From assembly GCF_004010195.1 (NCBI RefSeq), contig NC_057711.1, positions 77,412,341 to 77,476,340 of the forward strand: DNA of 64,000 nucleotides, given 5' to 3'. Source of the stretch: Chiloscyllium plagiosum (Eukaryota). This document shows positions 49,150 to 62,070 of the stretch, piece by piece; positions within the stretch are counted from its first letter, which is position 1, and each line of letters opens with the position of its first letter. The position numbers and the translations under genes were made by a program. A model generated the notes under the pieces. The model saw nothing but the letters and a program-made list of their open reading frames with translations. It was not told the origin of the DNA and searched no databases.

Positions 49150-51544
49150 ATGTAATTTAAAACGCGTCGGGGGCAGTCACTCCGCATTAAATTGCGAATT
49201 CTCCATGAAAAATTCGCGAGCCAGATTCAGCACCTGATCTCGAAAACTGCTTTGCTTCCCGATTTCAGCTAATGATAATGATCTCTGTATTTCTTATTCA
49301 GTAGTTGAAACTGTTCTGGTCCAACTTGCTGTTTCTTGCTCACTTTCCCCTTACTGCAGTGTAACGCACACACACACACACAGACCCGGTGCTGTAGAAG
49401 TCTAGTTTGCGTGCGGCACAAGGGACTGGAGCTCAGAACCTGGGAACTGGGACTCCTTCGTGACTCGGTGCCGCGACTTAGCAGGAATCAGACGGAGGTA
49501 TCTGTCTGTGTAAAATCACTCCTGGAACTCTCTCTCTCTCTCTCCCCGGGATATATTGCCTCGAGGTTTTATTTAGATCAATGCTTCACGTCGCTGTCTC
49601 TGTTACCTACTGCTTACCCTTATTCAAACAGCCAGAAAAAAAAAACCCTACTCCGCCGTCACTTACATTTCCTCCTCACCCAAAGTTAGATAACGATTCC
49701 GTGGAAGACTGAACGGATTTCATGCTGGACCTGAACGGCTCGTTTCACTGCCCCAGTAACAGAAGCCGAGCGAAGAGCTTTCTGCCCTCTATATACTGTT
49801 GTTTTAAAATGACGCGCGACAAACGGACTTTTCAGTTGTCGATTTTAACACTCTCAAGTTATAGAAAAAAAAGTTGGATTCTTTTGCATTAATTCACTTT
49901 GCAACGGAACATATTTAACGTGGAGCAAAGATGCCTGTGGCTGTGTAGTATGGCTGTGTAGTTTACCACTCACTGAGCGGAAATGCGAGTGAGGGGATGC
50001 TGCCTGAATTGCTTCCTCTGATTTGGTCCGTCAGTCAGCGTTCGGGGGGTTGTTAACATGGCCATTGAAGAAAGCCGCCGCGCTGGACGAGTTACACAAA
50101 CAGACAAACCTTTCAAAATGACATTACTCACATCTTGACATATTAGTCGAGATGGGTTATTTGAGGAGTGTAATTATCTGTGGCCCCTTTATAGCAGAGC
50201 CTGACCTTCCTTCCCGCGTTATACTGCCGGAGACTTACTTTGAATTTCAAACAAAGTCGAAAAGTAAATGCTGCAGATAATTTGAGGTCCCAGCCTGAAT
50301 GAAAATCTATTTGGTATTCTCTTTCATGTTTTCATCTCCCCACATATTTATTTCCTTCTTTCGGCAAGTTTCTCTCATTCCTGTTCTTTCTCTCTTGTGT
50401 TTTATTGATTGTGGGAGACCTGCTAGTTTTTAAACCTGGTTATGTGCAGAAAATCCAAATTAAAAAGATGTTGAAATAGAGCATTTTTTTAAAAAGTGTC
50501 TATCATTAGACAGAGCGTCCCGATCTACAGTCAGTAGAATTTATATATGTTACCGCAGTAAATCTAAACATATCGAGAAATTCTCATTTTCACACGGCTC
50601 ATGGGGATGGACAGTGACACTTAAAGGCTTAATGTTGATCTTTGAATCTAAGCTTCATTTGGGTAGGAACTGGCGATCCGAGGCACAGCCAAATGGGCGA
50701 TGAGAGGAACTGTGCAGGGTTCGGAAGCGGGATTTGCAGGTTCCGATCAAATCAACTTGCAAATAGTTCGAATTGCAACCTGGCCTTGGGTAGCTGAGCA
50801 GGTGGTAGATACTGAAACATCTGGAGACGACCTTTTGTGTTTTCTTAATGTGAGCAACGAGTTAATGTTGGTGTAACCCTTCTGCAACTAAAACGAGCTA
50901 GTTTTTAGAACCGTCAATTTTAAACCTTAGTTTGAGCTTGAATGACGGGAGCGAACCGCGGATTTTGCTGCTGCCCGCCAGTCCGTTTCCGCACTGCCTC
51001 ACCGATATTCAGCAGGAGCGCACACTGCGGGCAGTACACAGGCATATTCTATTGGCCGAGCATTCCTCCGAAATAGGTGTAAGTGAAACTAGAATCAAAA
51101 CTAGAATCGTGTAGTTTTTTTCTCTCTCTCTCACCTCCCACCTCCCCCCCCCCCCCCTCCCCCGTCCCTGAGCGATTGTCATGTGATAATGAAGAGCAAC
51201 AAAGCGCTGAAGGGAACTGCAGGGGTCTCCTGCATCTGTGATCACAACAAGCCTCGTTAGCTCACACAACACAAGTGTGCACGTCTCGGCCTCTTTATCT
51301 CGGAGCAAGACAGCAAGGAGCTTTCCTTTTTTAAAAAAAAAACCCGCATCTACAACTCTGGCATTTACAACAGCACAGTTTAGCAGCACAGGAATTCGTT
51401 CAGCACCTTAGCCACTCTGAGATTTTATGGAATCTTGGGCAGGGAACTCAGCTCGATCGTCGACAGAGTTATCGCTTCGCTTTCCGGGAGAAGGGGCTCC
51501 GGTGAATTCGCTGCTTTCCTCTCGGTTTATCGCAGCCTAACAAA
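49150..51544 (+). promoter_or_regulatory. CpG-rich promoter / 5' region of foxb2
   Basis: Visible rise in CpG density compared with the CpG-depleted upstream 48 kb; no clear retroelements; reverse CCAAT (attgg, 51051-51055); pyrimidine/C-run at 51115-51163. TSS cannot be determined from sequence. Confidence 0.6.
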
Positions 51545-52507
51545 ATGCCTCGCCCCGGGAAAAATTCCTACAGTGACCAAAAACCTCCTTACTCGTACAT
51601 CTCACTGACTGCGATGGCTATCCAGAGTTCAGCCGAGAAGATGCTGCCGTTGAGTGATATTTACAAATTTATCATGGACAGGTTTCCCTATTACCGAGAG
51701 AACACTCAGCGCTGGCAGAACTCTCTCCGCCACAATCTCTCCTTTAACGATTGCTTCATCAAGATCCCACGCAGACCGGACCAGCCGGGCAAAGGCAGTT
51801 TCTGGGCACTTCACCCGGACTGTGGCGATATGTTCGAGAATGGGAGTTTTCTCCGCCGCCGTAAGAGGTTTAAGGTGCACCGCTCTGAACACTTGTCCGC
51901 CAAAAACTCACAGATGATCCACTATTTCCAACAGCACCACCATCACCATCAGCAGCAACAAGCCAAGTTGGGACTGGCCACACCGGAGACGGCCCCAGGT
52001 ATGGGGCGCATACCCCATTTCCAGCCCTATGGAGTCAACGGGCCCCAATCAACTGGATTTAAGCACCCGTTCGCCATCGAGAACATCATTGGAAGGGACT
52101 ATAAGAACATGATGGCCAGTGGACTCCCTTTAGCCTCTGTAATGCATCACCTTGGTTACCCAGTGCCCAGCCAACTCAGTAACATGGTAGGATCCATGTG
52201 GCCTCATGTTGGTGTCATAGACTCGATGGCCCCCATGCCAGTTTCTCCAGATTACAATCCATTTGGGGTGCCCATGAAGACAATCTGTCACCCGGGCACG
52301 CAGACTATGCCAGCCGTCCCCGTGCCCATCAAACCTACAGTGTCACTGGCGTCCATCTCCACAATGCCTGTGCCAGGAGCCCTGCCGGGCAGTGCCACGC
52401 AGATCTGTCCTTCTTCATCTTCAACCTCCTTACATCTAGATCAGACTCGGTCAGCTCCCAGTGAGGGCAAAACTAGCTCATTACACTCGGTGCTCGTCCA
52501 TTCCTGA
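51545..52507 (+). CDS. foxb2: Forkhead box protein B2 (winged-helix transcription factor), 320 aa, uninterrupted ORF
   Basis: N-terminal forkhead domain [15 protein letters not shown]...[35 protein letters not shown]...FLRRRKRFK typical of FoxB. Residues MPRPGK, SAEK, LSDIY, HPDCG and a His-rich tract near MIHYFQQ match FoxB2 rather than FoxB1 (MPRPGR, SPEK, LSEIY, HPSCG). Has eh1-like FAIENII and C-terminal LHSVLVH. Start context caaaATGc. Confidence 0.93.
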   Translation: MPRPGKNSYSDQKPPYSYISLTAMAIQSSAEKMLPLSDIYKFIMDRFPYYRENTQRWQNSLRHNLSFNDCFIKIPRRPDQPGKGSFWALHPDCGDMFENGSFLRRRKRFKVHRSEHLSAKNSQMIHYFQQHHHHHQQQQAKLGLATPETAPGMGRIPHFQPYGVNGPQSTGFKHPFAIENIIGRDYKNMMASGLPLASVMHHLGYPVPSQLSNMVGSMWPHVGVIDSMAPMPVSPDYNPFGVPMKTICHPGTQTMPAVPVPIKPTVSLASISTMPVPGALPGSATQICPSSSSTSLHLDQTRSAPSEGKTSSLHSVLVHS

Positions 52508-54130
52508 GGGCGATCCGTTTGAACAGAGAAAATAATTGATTTAAAGATAATGTGAAAAGGTTAATTATGCAGAAAATGTTTTATCTCGTTAAAGATTCAT
52601 AAATCATTCTCATTTAGACATGATATCAGGGAAATGTTTTAACAGAGCATTTATAGGTAAGAGGGTCGACTTTCTGCAAACAAGTAAAATAGCAAGTTAT
52701 ATGTTTCTGGAATAAACCCCTGGATATGAAAACATATATTTCATCATTATTGCAGAGACATCATCTGTGAGTATTTAAAGGTGCACCTTATCCTTCCGTG
52801 TGGTTGTAGGTTTGTAATATTCAGAAATCGCCAGATAATAGCGAGGGGCTTCAGTTGCAGGTGATTTCCAACCCGTGATGTTGTTTAACATCAACCTCGC
52901 TTAAAATAAACAAGTGGATTCCTGAGAATCGAATGGTCTGAGCGGCAACAAAAGAATGATTTCTAAACTTGCTCGCGTTTAAACAGTTGAGGCGTAAAAA
53001 CAAAGGGTCCAGCAGGAATTTGATGAGATTTGAGATGACAAGAACTATTAGAAACTGGAATAAACGGCGTATTGGAAGCTGAAGTTTCGAAAGGGCCGCG
53101 CCGATTGCAGCTTGAAATCTCTCAGTCTCGCAGCTCAGATAACATTTTTGGAGCGCGACCGTTTCCTTTTACAACTTCCACAAGTCGTTCAAGTAAGGAT
53201 TGGTGGATATGAATTGCGGTCTAGAAACGTCTGAGTAAATTCTAAATTTGTTTTAAGAAAATACAGATGTACTCATTGCGTCACACCGTACAAAGGGACA
53301 GTTCCTGTTAAGTTGCTCCAGTTTTAGATAACGTGTATTCTGGCTGCTTTGAACGTTGGCGAAAGAAAATACAAGTCACGCCGCAGAGTTTGTTAAATAC
53401 TCGAGCTCACTGTTCCACCTAATTACTACGTAGCATTTACTTTACACACATCGACGGAAAACAAAGAAAAACTACTTTGCTTTGATAGCGAAATAACTCA
53501 TTCCAATCGTTATTTTGTAAGTTATGTCTGGGCTCAGGTTTTGACAGAATGCACATTTGAAATCCCACAAAATTAGAAGCGGGTGTTTTTATCAAATTCC
53601 TACTTGCTGCGACATGTAGGCTTACACTCATTTGGAGTGGATAGTGCAATTGAAATTGTCCAGTAGTTTCCGTGGCGAATTCAACTTAGCTGACAAAACA
53701 AGGCTGGGTAAAAGAGGGACAATATCTCCTGAGTGACACAAGTTTCCTTTGGCGCGCCGCGAGAGAAAAGCTTTTCACATTATCTTTGTAATGGACAGAA
53801 TTTTCAGGTTTTGTCCTTTACTCCTCTTGCCAATCTTTTGGCACGTAGTTTGGATTCATTGTGATGTTAAATATGGTGTGATCAAAACCACAGCAGACAA
53901 TGTCATAGCACTTTACGAGCAACAAACAAACTGAATGGAATTGCTGGATTGTGAATATAGATGTATAGTAAACTTGTCGTGAAAGGTGGTTCTAACTTTC
54001 ATTCGTTTTGTATATACTGGTACTGAATATTTCATCTGTGAATAATTGTTCAGAATATGTTGTGTACATTGTACACATGAGCTTTTATCGAAAGCAAAGG
54101 TTATTAAATATTTACAGTCCAATATGTGTT
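52508..54130 (+). other. Probable foxb2 3' UTR region with candidate polyadenylation signals
   Basis: AATAAA at 52711-52716 and 52905-52910; ATTAAA at 54103-54108 after a UGUA-rich block; no TE sequence recognised. Confidence 0.4.
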
Positions 54131-56199
54131 TACTATCTTTATTTTAACGGAACTATGGTTCAAACCGTGCTGGTACTGAAAAAGCCCAGAATTGCACTTC
54201 TGCTAAACTAGGCGAACACTTCAGGCCAGTTAAGTGTTCCCAAACACCAGCGCCTTCTTTCCGGGCCTGAGATGCCCTCTTTTCCATCACTAAAGTATTT
54301 GTTCTATCCGGGTTTCACTCCAGTAACTGAGATGACAGTATCAAACACCACGGCAGGTGATGCTCCAAGGATTACTATATGCCTTCCAGCAACATTTCCG
54401 AGTACTTATATGAATATTTCGAATTCAACAGATGAAAGTGATGTTGGGCACAAGGTGAAATTATTTTAAAACGATTCCATTTGACATCCTATGCGTTGAA
54501 TGGGATACCTTCACCCCGAACAAGAGGTGAGTTCACTTCTATTGTGAAAGGATTGGGAATAACGGAATCGAATAATGATATAAATTTAACCCTTTGTTGG
54601 AAAAAATGAAAACAGCAATTTGAAGAGCTTTTCCCTTCCCTACTTGTTTCCATTCACAGGATTTTAAAGACAGTTGATTTTTTCACATTTATTTTGCATT
54701 TGTTTCAATTTTCTTACTCTTGTTTTAGAACGTGGGAAATAACTGCTGGAGTGGGTGACCGAAAGACCCTTCGAAGACATGACGGGAGGGATGGATAGTG
54801 ATTAGTTCATTTCGAAACTAAACTCTGGAACGTACGATGGCTCAATTTGATGAGCTTGTTTTTCATTATTTCGAGCCAGAGTCAAAAAGAGTGTCACACA
54901 GGAAAGTGAAACCCCCCGCCCCCATTCCCCAAACCATACAGAAAGCCCCGTGTCATTGACCTGTTGCTGCTGGTGGTCCCACATTGTATCATTATTGGTT
55001 CATTCCTCAAAGAGATATGGGCATTCACTGAACTGACGGGAACATGTTTCACCCAGTTGTTCTATGTTGCCGTAATTGCATTTAGTTTAAATACTTTGGA
55101 TATACAACACTGACAGCGGTAACCAAAAACCGTGATATACCAAACCATTGAGAATATGTAGGGAAACAAAATCTCTGACGACTCTGAAGACTAAGACCTC
55201 CAATATTTAAAGCAATTTTCTTACGGTTTAACCACTTTCCTGCGATTGACATTCAAGATGAGCGCTTAAAATACCATAGCATACAAGGCTACAGGCCAAG
55301 TGCTGGAACATGTAATTACAATTAGATAGACGCTTAATGACAGGAGGGGACTCGATGGGCCGAATGGCCTTTTCCCGTGCTGTTCAAAGCTCTAAAACTC
55401 TATTAATTTTTAGTGCACAGCTGGAGTAGCGCAAAACTCCAATCGTACTCAACCTTCGAACATCGAACTGCTGTGGGAACGTACATAACAAAATTCAAGT
55501 TGCATACCAAACAAAATAGGATAAGAAAGAAAGTCGTGAAGATATCAACACTTGAAATTAATTAATTGATTTAATTTTCATAATTTAAATATCTCTAAGG
55601 ATTGATAGACCAAGTACTTTTAACCTTCGATGATAACACATTGAACACAAGCAACAACTAATAAGAGATTTACTGTCGACAATTAGAGCATAATGTAACT
55701 GTCACGTTAAACGGATCTTTTCCTGTAGAGGGACATCAAACACAATTACCTTTCAAGCATCTCCGATCTTCAGAAAATGGTTCCAGCCAGCTAATGCAAA
55801 ACGGTGGGAAAGACCCAGTTACACTATTTGTAACCAGTTTCCCTCAAGCTGTCACGTTATTATTAACTTGGTTTTTCTTTTTGTTTGTGAATAATTATGC
55901 AAGAACAACCGAAAACTCTCTAAAATGTTCTGGTTTGTAGTTTTATACTTATTCAATAGTTAAATTAACAGTCGACGGTAGGGGGAACGTATTGATCAGC
56001 TGTCGATTTTTAAATAACTAACTGATCCAGTTGGAAACTTATTTTCTTAAAAGGCATTAAAGAGGCTCCAGTGTAAACATTGATAAATGTTCTGACATTC
56101 TTAAAGCCCATTGAGACGTCCGTGCTGTTACTCTGTTAAGATATTATTTAACACATGCAATAATAACAATAATTTGCATGGCAAATCCGACCACAATTA

Positions 56200-56720
56200 G
56201 GGTGCCACAACATCGTGGTAATGTTGTAATTGACACGTCATTCAGAGACCTGAGCAAATGATTCGGATCGAAGAATTTAAAACTCACTTTGGCACCGGAG
56301 AAGTTAAATGTATTTAATTCACTGTTTCTGGACTAAATGCGGTAATGGTGGTCACGTAGTAATGACTAAACTGTGGGTTAAATCCCTTCAATAACATATG
56401 ATGTTTATTTACTATTATCTTCACAGATGGAAATCTGCTGTTTTTGCCCCGTCTGGCCTATAGGTCATGAATAGGAAAGGTTCGGAGGGATATGGGCCAG
56501 GAGCAGGTGATGGGACTAGTTTAGTTTGGGATTATGTTCGGCAGGGATTGTTTGAAGGGTCTGTTTCCGTGCAATATGACTCTGTGAAGGCAGTCCCGCA
56601 GCAATGTGGCTTACTCTTAATTGTTTCTGAAGTGGCCTAAAATCCAGTTCAATGTCAAGAAAGTGGCTCACCGCCACCTTCACAAGGACAATTATGGAAC
56701 AATAACAATTCACCATATAT
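56200..56720 (+). mobile_element. Old Deu-domain SINE with a nested CR1 tail (~56465-56585)
   Basis: ggaaatctgctg...gtctggccta and cccgcagcaatgtggcttactcttaa flank a CR1 3' end. Confidence 0.55.
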
Positions 56721-59359
56721 TATGATTTAAAAACGTTTATAGAAGCTAAGAGTTCTCCGTAGTCCTGTGTACAGTATTGGCTTCAACACTTGGAAGGAAT
56801 AATGAGGCTTTACTGAAAATACAACGAAGATTCATTACCTGGTATGAAAGAATACAAAAAACTTGAAAATAATGGGTGTAATTGAGTTGTTGGAATTGCT
56901 TAGATTGCTGGACAAGGATCGGACAGGATTTGTAGAAACAGATTGTTTCCAGTGGTTGTGGAGTCGAATTACAGAAAACACAGACGATGAAATATTGGAG
57001 ATTTGGAACAAAAAGTAGGAAAAGCTCTTTAGTTAGAGCTCTGATGTAACATAAGGCATGGGAATGTTCGAAATTATATTGAAGCGGTAGATAAAGGAGG
57101 AAAATACTTTTGGGACAGGAATGGCATGAGGAATATATGCAAGGTAAATAGACTGGTTGAGCTCACTTGCCTATTAGCGGCTTACACCTTCCATGTAAGC
57201 AGTTTGTGTAAATGCAGCTGTTACATTGCTTTAAATCTATTCTTTAAATATTAGTTTTGTATTTAACATAGAAACACAGCATTTCAGTAATCCAGAAAAA
57301 AGGATTTCTGCTTTCAACTGAAAATACCTTGATCTGTTCAGACATGGTCATGACTGCATAAGGTATGTTACAGTCCTTTCACTCTGTAAGATGTTGGGTC
57401 TGTTTTCTGACATACTACTCTGCCATGCTTAAGTGTAGCAATTCAATGGCATTTGAATGTATGTAACATCAAAATCTATTTAATATCCCTTGCCCAAACT
57501 AGTCAGCTAATGATGATAAAATTAAACAAATGCAAAATCGATTTAAAGATTTCTGACCTGTAATTTTTTTGGTCTGTTTGGCAAAACATAATAATGCGTA
57601 CACTATGTATTAACTTGTACAAACCCAGTTCTCTAATTGAAAGGTTACGAATTTATTTGTACGATTAATGGAAATGTAGGATGCACATAACAACGATTAA
57701 AATTAACAATGTAAGCATGATCAATTTTTCTGAAAGGATTCTGGCGTTTTGATTTCGATGTTAACTGTGTCTTGTTGATTAACAAAACCTGTAAACAATT
57801 TGCTAAAACAGTAAAAATATAACCTACTCGCATTCCTAAGTTCCATTACCTTAGTTGAAGTTGATAGGACTTGTCATCCTTCCAACTATTTTTTTAAACG
57901 CTAACATTAAAATGTAGCGTGCAGTTTGAAATGGCTTGGATACCATCTTGCAATAAATTCGCATTTTGTATCAAAGCTCCTATGAGAGCTAAAATACTCA
58001 TATTACTTATTTGCTGAATTGTCACACGCACACTTCCCGTTTGAGTTTGCAAATAAAACTATAGTGTCTCAGTCACAGGCATATTATTAGTGTTACTTGC
58101 ATTGCACGGGCTCTTACCCAATTATGGATATTGATGACTGCAATTTCGATGTTTATATTAAATAAATTCCAAAAAAAAGCAATAGAACTTCGCATTTCTC
58201 TGAAAAGCAAAAGTAGCTAAAATGAACTATCGACTTCATGTGTAGTGTATCTGGCTGAAAGGACCAGTCTAATACTAGAAGCTGCTGTGTACTCATGGTG
58301 AGACGATTAGCTGTCAAAATGTGATCATGATTTTAAATTGGCGAGCACACCTGTATCACAGGCAAGTGGTAACATTCTGAAAGTTGTACATCATCGCATT
58401 GTCCGAATACGCTGAATTATCCATTTGAAAACTAAATTAACCTAGATATCGACGCGGCTTATTGTTTCTCGGTAACGAGCAATTAGGAGGGAAATCTATA
58501 TAGAAGCATAAGAAAAGTGCACGGATCAGTTAATAATTCGCCTGGTTACATTATTAACCAACTGCAGACGCGTGCTGTCTGGAACTGGTGAGATAGCGTT
58601 TCTGAACTATTCATTTGTGAAACTGAGATACCTGGGATTTGGGTAGACAAGATGTTTAGTAAGTATTAGTACATGATTACCTATTCGTCCTCTAGGTACT
58701 ACCGAACATTTGCGACTGGCGCTTCGTGTTAACAAAAAGATAGCATTCCAAAGGACATTGATGATCTGACGGAAGGAACTTGCTTGTCCGACCCAATTGG
58801 CAAAGTGAAAATATCGAAATATCTGTTGATGTTCTGTACACTGGATTAATGTGTTACATGATATGTCATTTTTATATTGACCATACGCTTGTCAGAATGC
58901 ATGCAAATTGTCACCAAGTCCCAGTTCCGCAGCAACTGATAATTACTTAAAAGTGTTCTGCTAATAGAGTGGCTTTTTTATATTCTTGTAATTAATATTT
59001 GTGACAAATGGTATTTCCGTATAGGTGTTATCAATGTGCTTTTAACTTCAGTACAGTAAATATCGCAATTATTTTCCGTGTAACTGGGCGATTAGGAAAT
59101 ATTCCCTTTCTCCTCAAAATGACACCAATTAAAATCTCAGTTCTGAAGAAGTTGTGTGGAACTGGAAAGTTGATTCGGTTTCTCCCTCCACAGATGCTGG
59201 AAGACATACTCAGTATTTCCAGCACTTGGTTTCATTTCATATTACCAACATCCACAGGACTTAGCTTTTATTTATTCGACCAACACTCTCAAATTCTCTC
59301 AAATGTGATACATTTCGTGCAAGGGGGTCTTTATTGAAAGCTCACTATTGGCACCTGAA

Positions 59360-59915
59360 GTACCTGTTACTATAGGAAGGAAGACATGCTTCAGCTGTAC
59401 AGAGCTTTGGTCAGATCCTACTTGGAATTCTGAGTTTGTCACTCAGTTTTGGACACTAAATGGTTAGCAAAGTATATTGGCTTTGAAAGGTTTCCACCAC
59501 AGATTAACCAGAATGATATTAGCCCTTGAAGGGTTAAATTGGGGGGATACATTGTATATGGAATGTGTTGCCATGAATTCAGTATATTAAAAATCAATAT
59601 GTTTAAAATAATTAATGGCTAGATGCAGAGAGACTATTTACTGTAAGAGGCAGATTTAGAACAAGAAAATATTCATTTAGAATTAAAGATAGAATTAATG
59701 TAATATTTTTTCACAAGAACACAAATGGGGATATGAAACATAATCTTCCAAAAGACTGATGATGCTGAGTTAATTAAAATCTTCAGTACTAAAACTGGTA
59801 GACTTTTATTGGGTCAGTACAATGTGTAAGAAAGCTATGTAACAATGGCGGATGGAGTTGAGGCAGAAATAATTCAATTGAATGGCAGAAAAGGATCAAG
59901 GAAGGGAATGGCTCA
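59360..59915 (+). mobile_element. Old CR1 3' fragment
   Basis: cagctgtacagagctttggtcagatcctacttggaattc (LYRALVRSYLEF) followed by a decayed CR1 3' region. Confidence 0.65.
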
Positions 59916-60399
59916 ATTGAATATAGTTGAAATAATATTGAAAAACACGAACTTCAAAAGTATAATTGAGGCAAATTAATATTTTTACCAAAGATGCTGT
60001 GTGATTATATCTGTGCATTTATTGGAGAGAAAGAAATAACAGTGTTACGATTATATACTTGTTCTACTTCTTGCATGCCATAGATCCACCACTGTGTTAA
60101 GCTCAGAGAAAAAGAGATGATTGGAGAAACCGAAGGTAATGACTAGAGTCAGTTAAAAGACCAGGGTCTTCAGAGTAAAGGAGGAAAGCATGTATATCTT
60201 TCTGTATCCAATATTATCTAATTATTCAAACAAATGCATCTGTTAGTCCCATCCAATAGAAGGAACTGATTGATGCTAATCAGTTACACTGTGACAGAGA
60301 TTTTAATTTATGACAAAAATGAGATAAAACCAAAAGTTTGACTGTATACAAATGGTAAGAAGTACAACAAAATTGCTATATGTTGCAATATGACAATAA

Positions 60400-62070
60400 A
60401 CAGAGAAAACTAGATGCAAATAAATAGTTCTCTTTCGCATTGATTGCCCTCAAAGTTTCATGCCACGCCAACAACTTTCAATGTAGGTAATGGCAATTCT
60501 TCCTTCATATTGACTCAATGAAGGAACCATATTCCTGAACTTGGCAAAGCTGCCTCATCTCATAGGTGCCATGAAGTAATGCAACAAGTAGGTTGATGAT
60601 TTCATATCTGAATTTAAAGGCATAGGAATTATAAAACTAGAACCTTATCAATAACTATGTCAATTGTAAAATCAATTTTGATGTTTCCATATTAATAGTA
60701 AATGTTATATGGATGCATAACTTCTATTTATTATCTGCTGACATCACTTTAGAAATAAAATTCAATTTAATTTAACAATTGTGGAATAACTTCACATAAC
60801 TGAAAAGGTTCTTTTATTTATCTTGAAATCTCCAACTTCTCCACTAATTAATAGAATCATCAATAAGATCCAAATCCACCCATTGTACTTTTAAAAACAA
60901 TTCTTTCCATCAGTCAACAAAAAAAAACTTCAAAATTCCCTGCTGCTTTGGAGTTATTTGTAATGTAAATTAAACTGCCTACAGATTGAAAACAAGCAAT
61001 GTGATGCATTTCACAATAAATTTTAAAACTTTTTGAAACATTAACCAATTTAAACTGAAGTTAACAGGCTGGGGTAGACTTTTTGGAAGTACAAACCAAC
61101 TTCAAGAAAATATAACTATGAGAGCACAGAAAATATATTGCTCAAAATGGAAACTCATGTAGCTAATTGGACTTTTATTACAAGTTAAACAGAATCACAT
61201 GTCACAAAACAAATGTGAATGTGGAATTCTCATCTTAATTAAACTATGCAAAAAAAACAAGCATCCTGTTACAATTCCACCTGTCTTGAAAAAACTTTCA
61301 TGAATTTGTTTCTTGTATCTATCTCAGAAGTCATTAAAGTTGTTAATCTATCAAGTGAAGGAACATATCTTATCACCCAAAATCTGCTTTTCATCAAGAC
61401 CAGCAGAGCAATTTATCTCATCAGAGTTTAAAGTTTAATGTTTTCAATTTATCTTTATCATTTGCTATCTTATCAATGTAGTCTCATCTCAATTTATTAT
61501 CTTCAGTGGTTTGAAACAAATACATTTCCAAAAATTTACAAAAATTTGAATTATTCAGACTTCTTTCATTGTGCAGTCCTTTTCCACAAGACATTGGCCA
61601 ATTAGATCGTTGTACTGCTTCCTGTGTTTGTGACTGTTGGACTAAAATTTTAAACAATGTCAAAGTTCATCTGACCAGAGACTTGTACAATTTTGAAATG
61701 GAAACATCTGATAATAATACTGTACAATCATTATATTTGATGTGTCAATTGTTGTGCAGTATGACTTGACAGATCAGGTCCTGATTATTTCCATCACATA
61801 TTCACAAGAGAATTATTATTAACCTCCTTCAATCACTTTCAACTGCGTGCTTAACAACTTGACTCCATTCATAAAGTTTACATGTTGCCTAATTCTTCTA
61901 ATTTGCAGTAATTTATGTTAATCTGTTTTCAACTTCCTCTAACATTGATCCATTCATTTCCCAGTTGTCTTGAGGTCATGTTGTAGACTACTAGTTGCTT
62001 TATCAGGCACAAATTCTCTACTCCAATTGACAAATAAATTGGAAATGGTATAGATTGCAACACCAGTCTT
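60400..62070 (-). pseudogene. Possible highly decayed transposase-like ORF (KDZ/Zisupton/HMGXB3-like?)
   Basis: Protein-like minus-strand segments broken by stops and frameshifts, including ICDGN, LDRLTTLMTSEIDTRNKFMKVF and KTGGIVTGC. Resemblance is from memory of family motifs only. Confidence 0.3.

Noticed and set aside
49600..49690. Minus-strand GTAAG donor-like motifs suggesting a divergent transcript
   Set aside because: Motif only, with no supporting ORF or partner exon; needs RNA data.
51629..52464. Overlapping alternative-frame and antisense ORFs in foxb2
   Set aside because: Short shadows of a GC-rich coding region with no recognisable domain.
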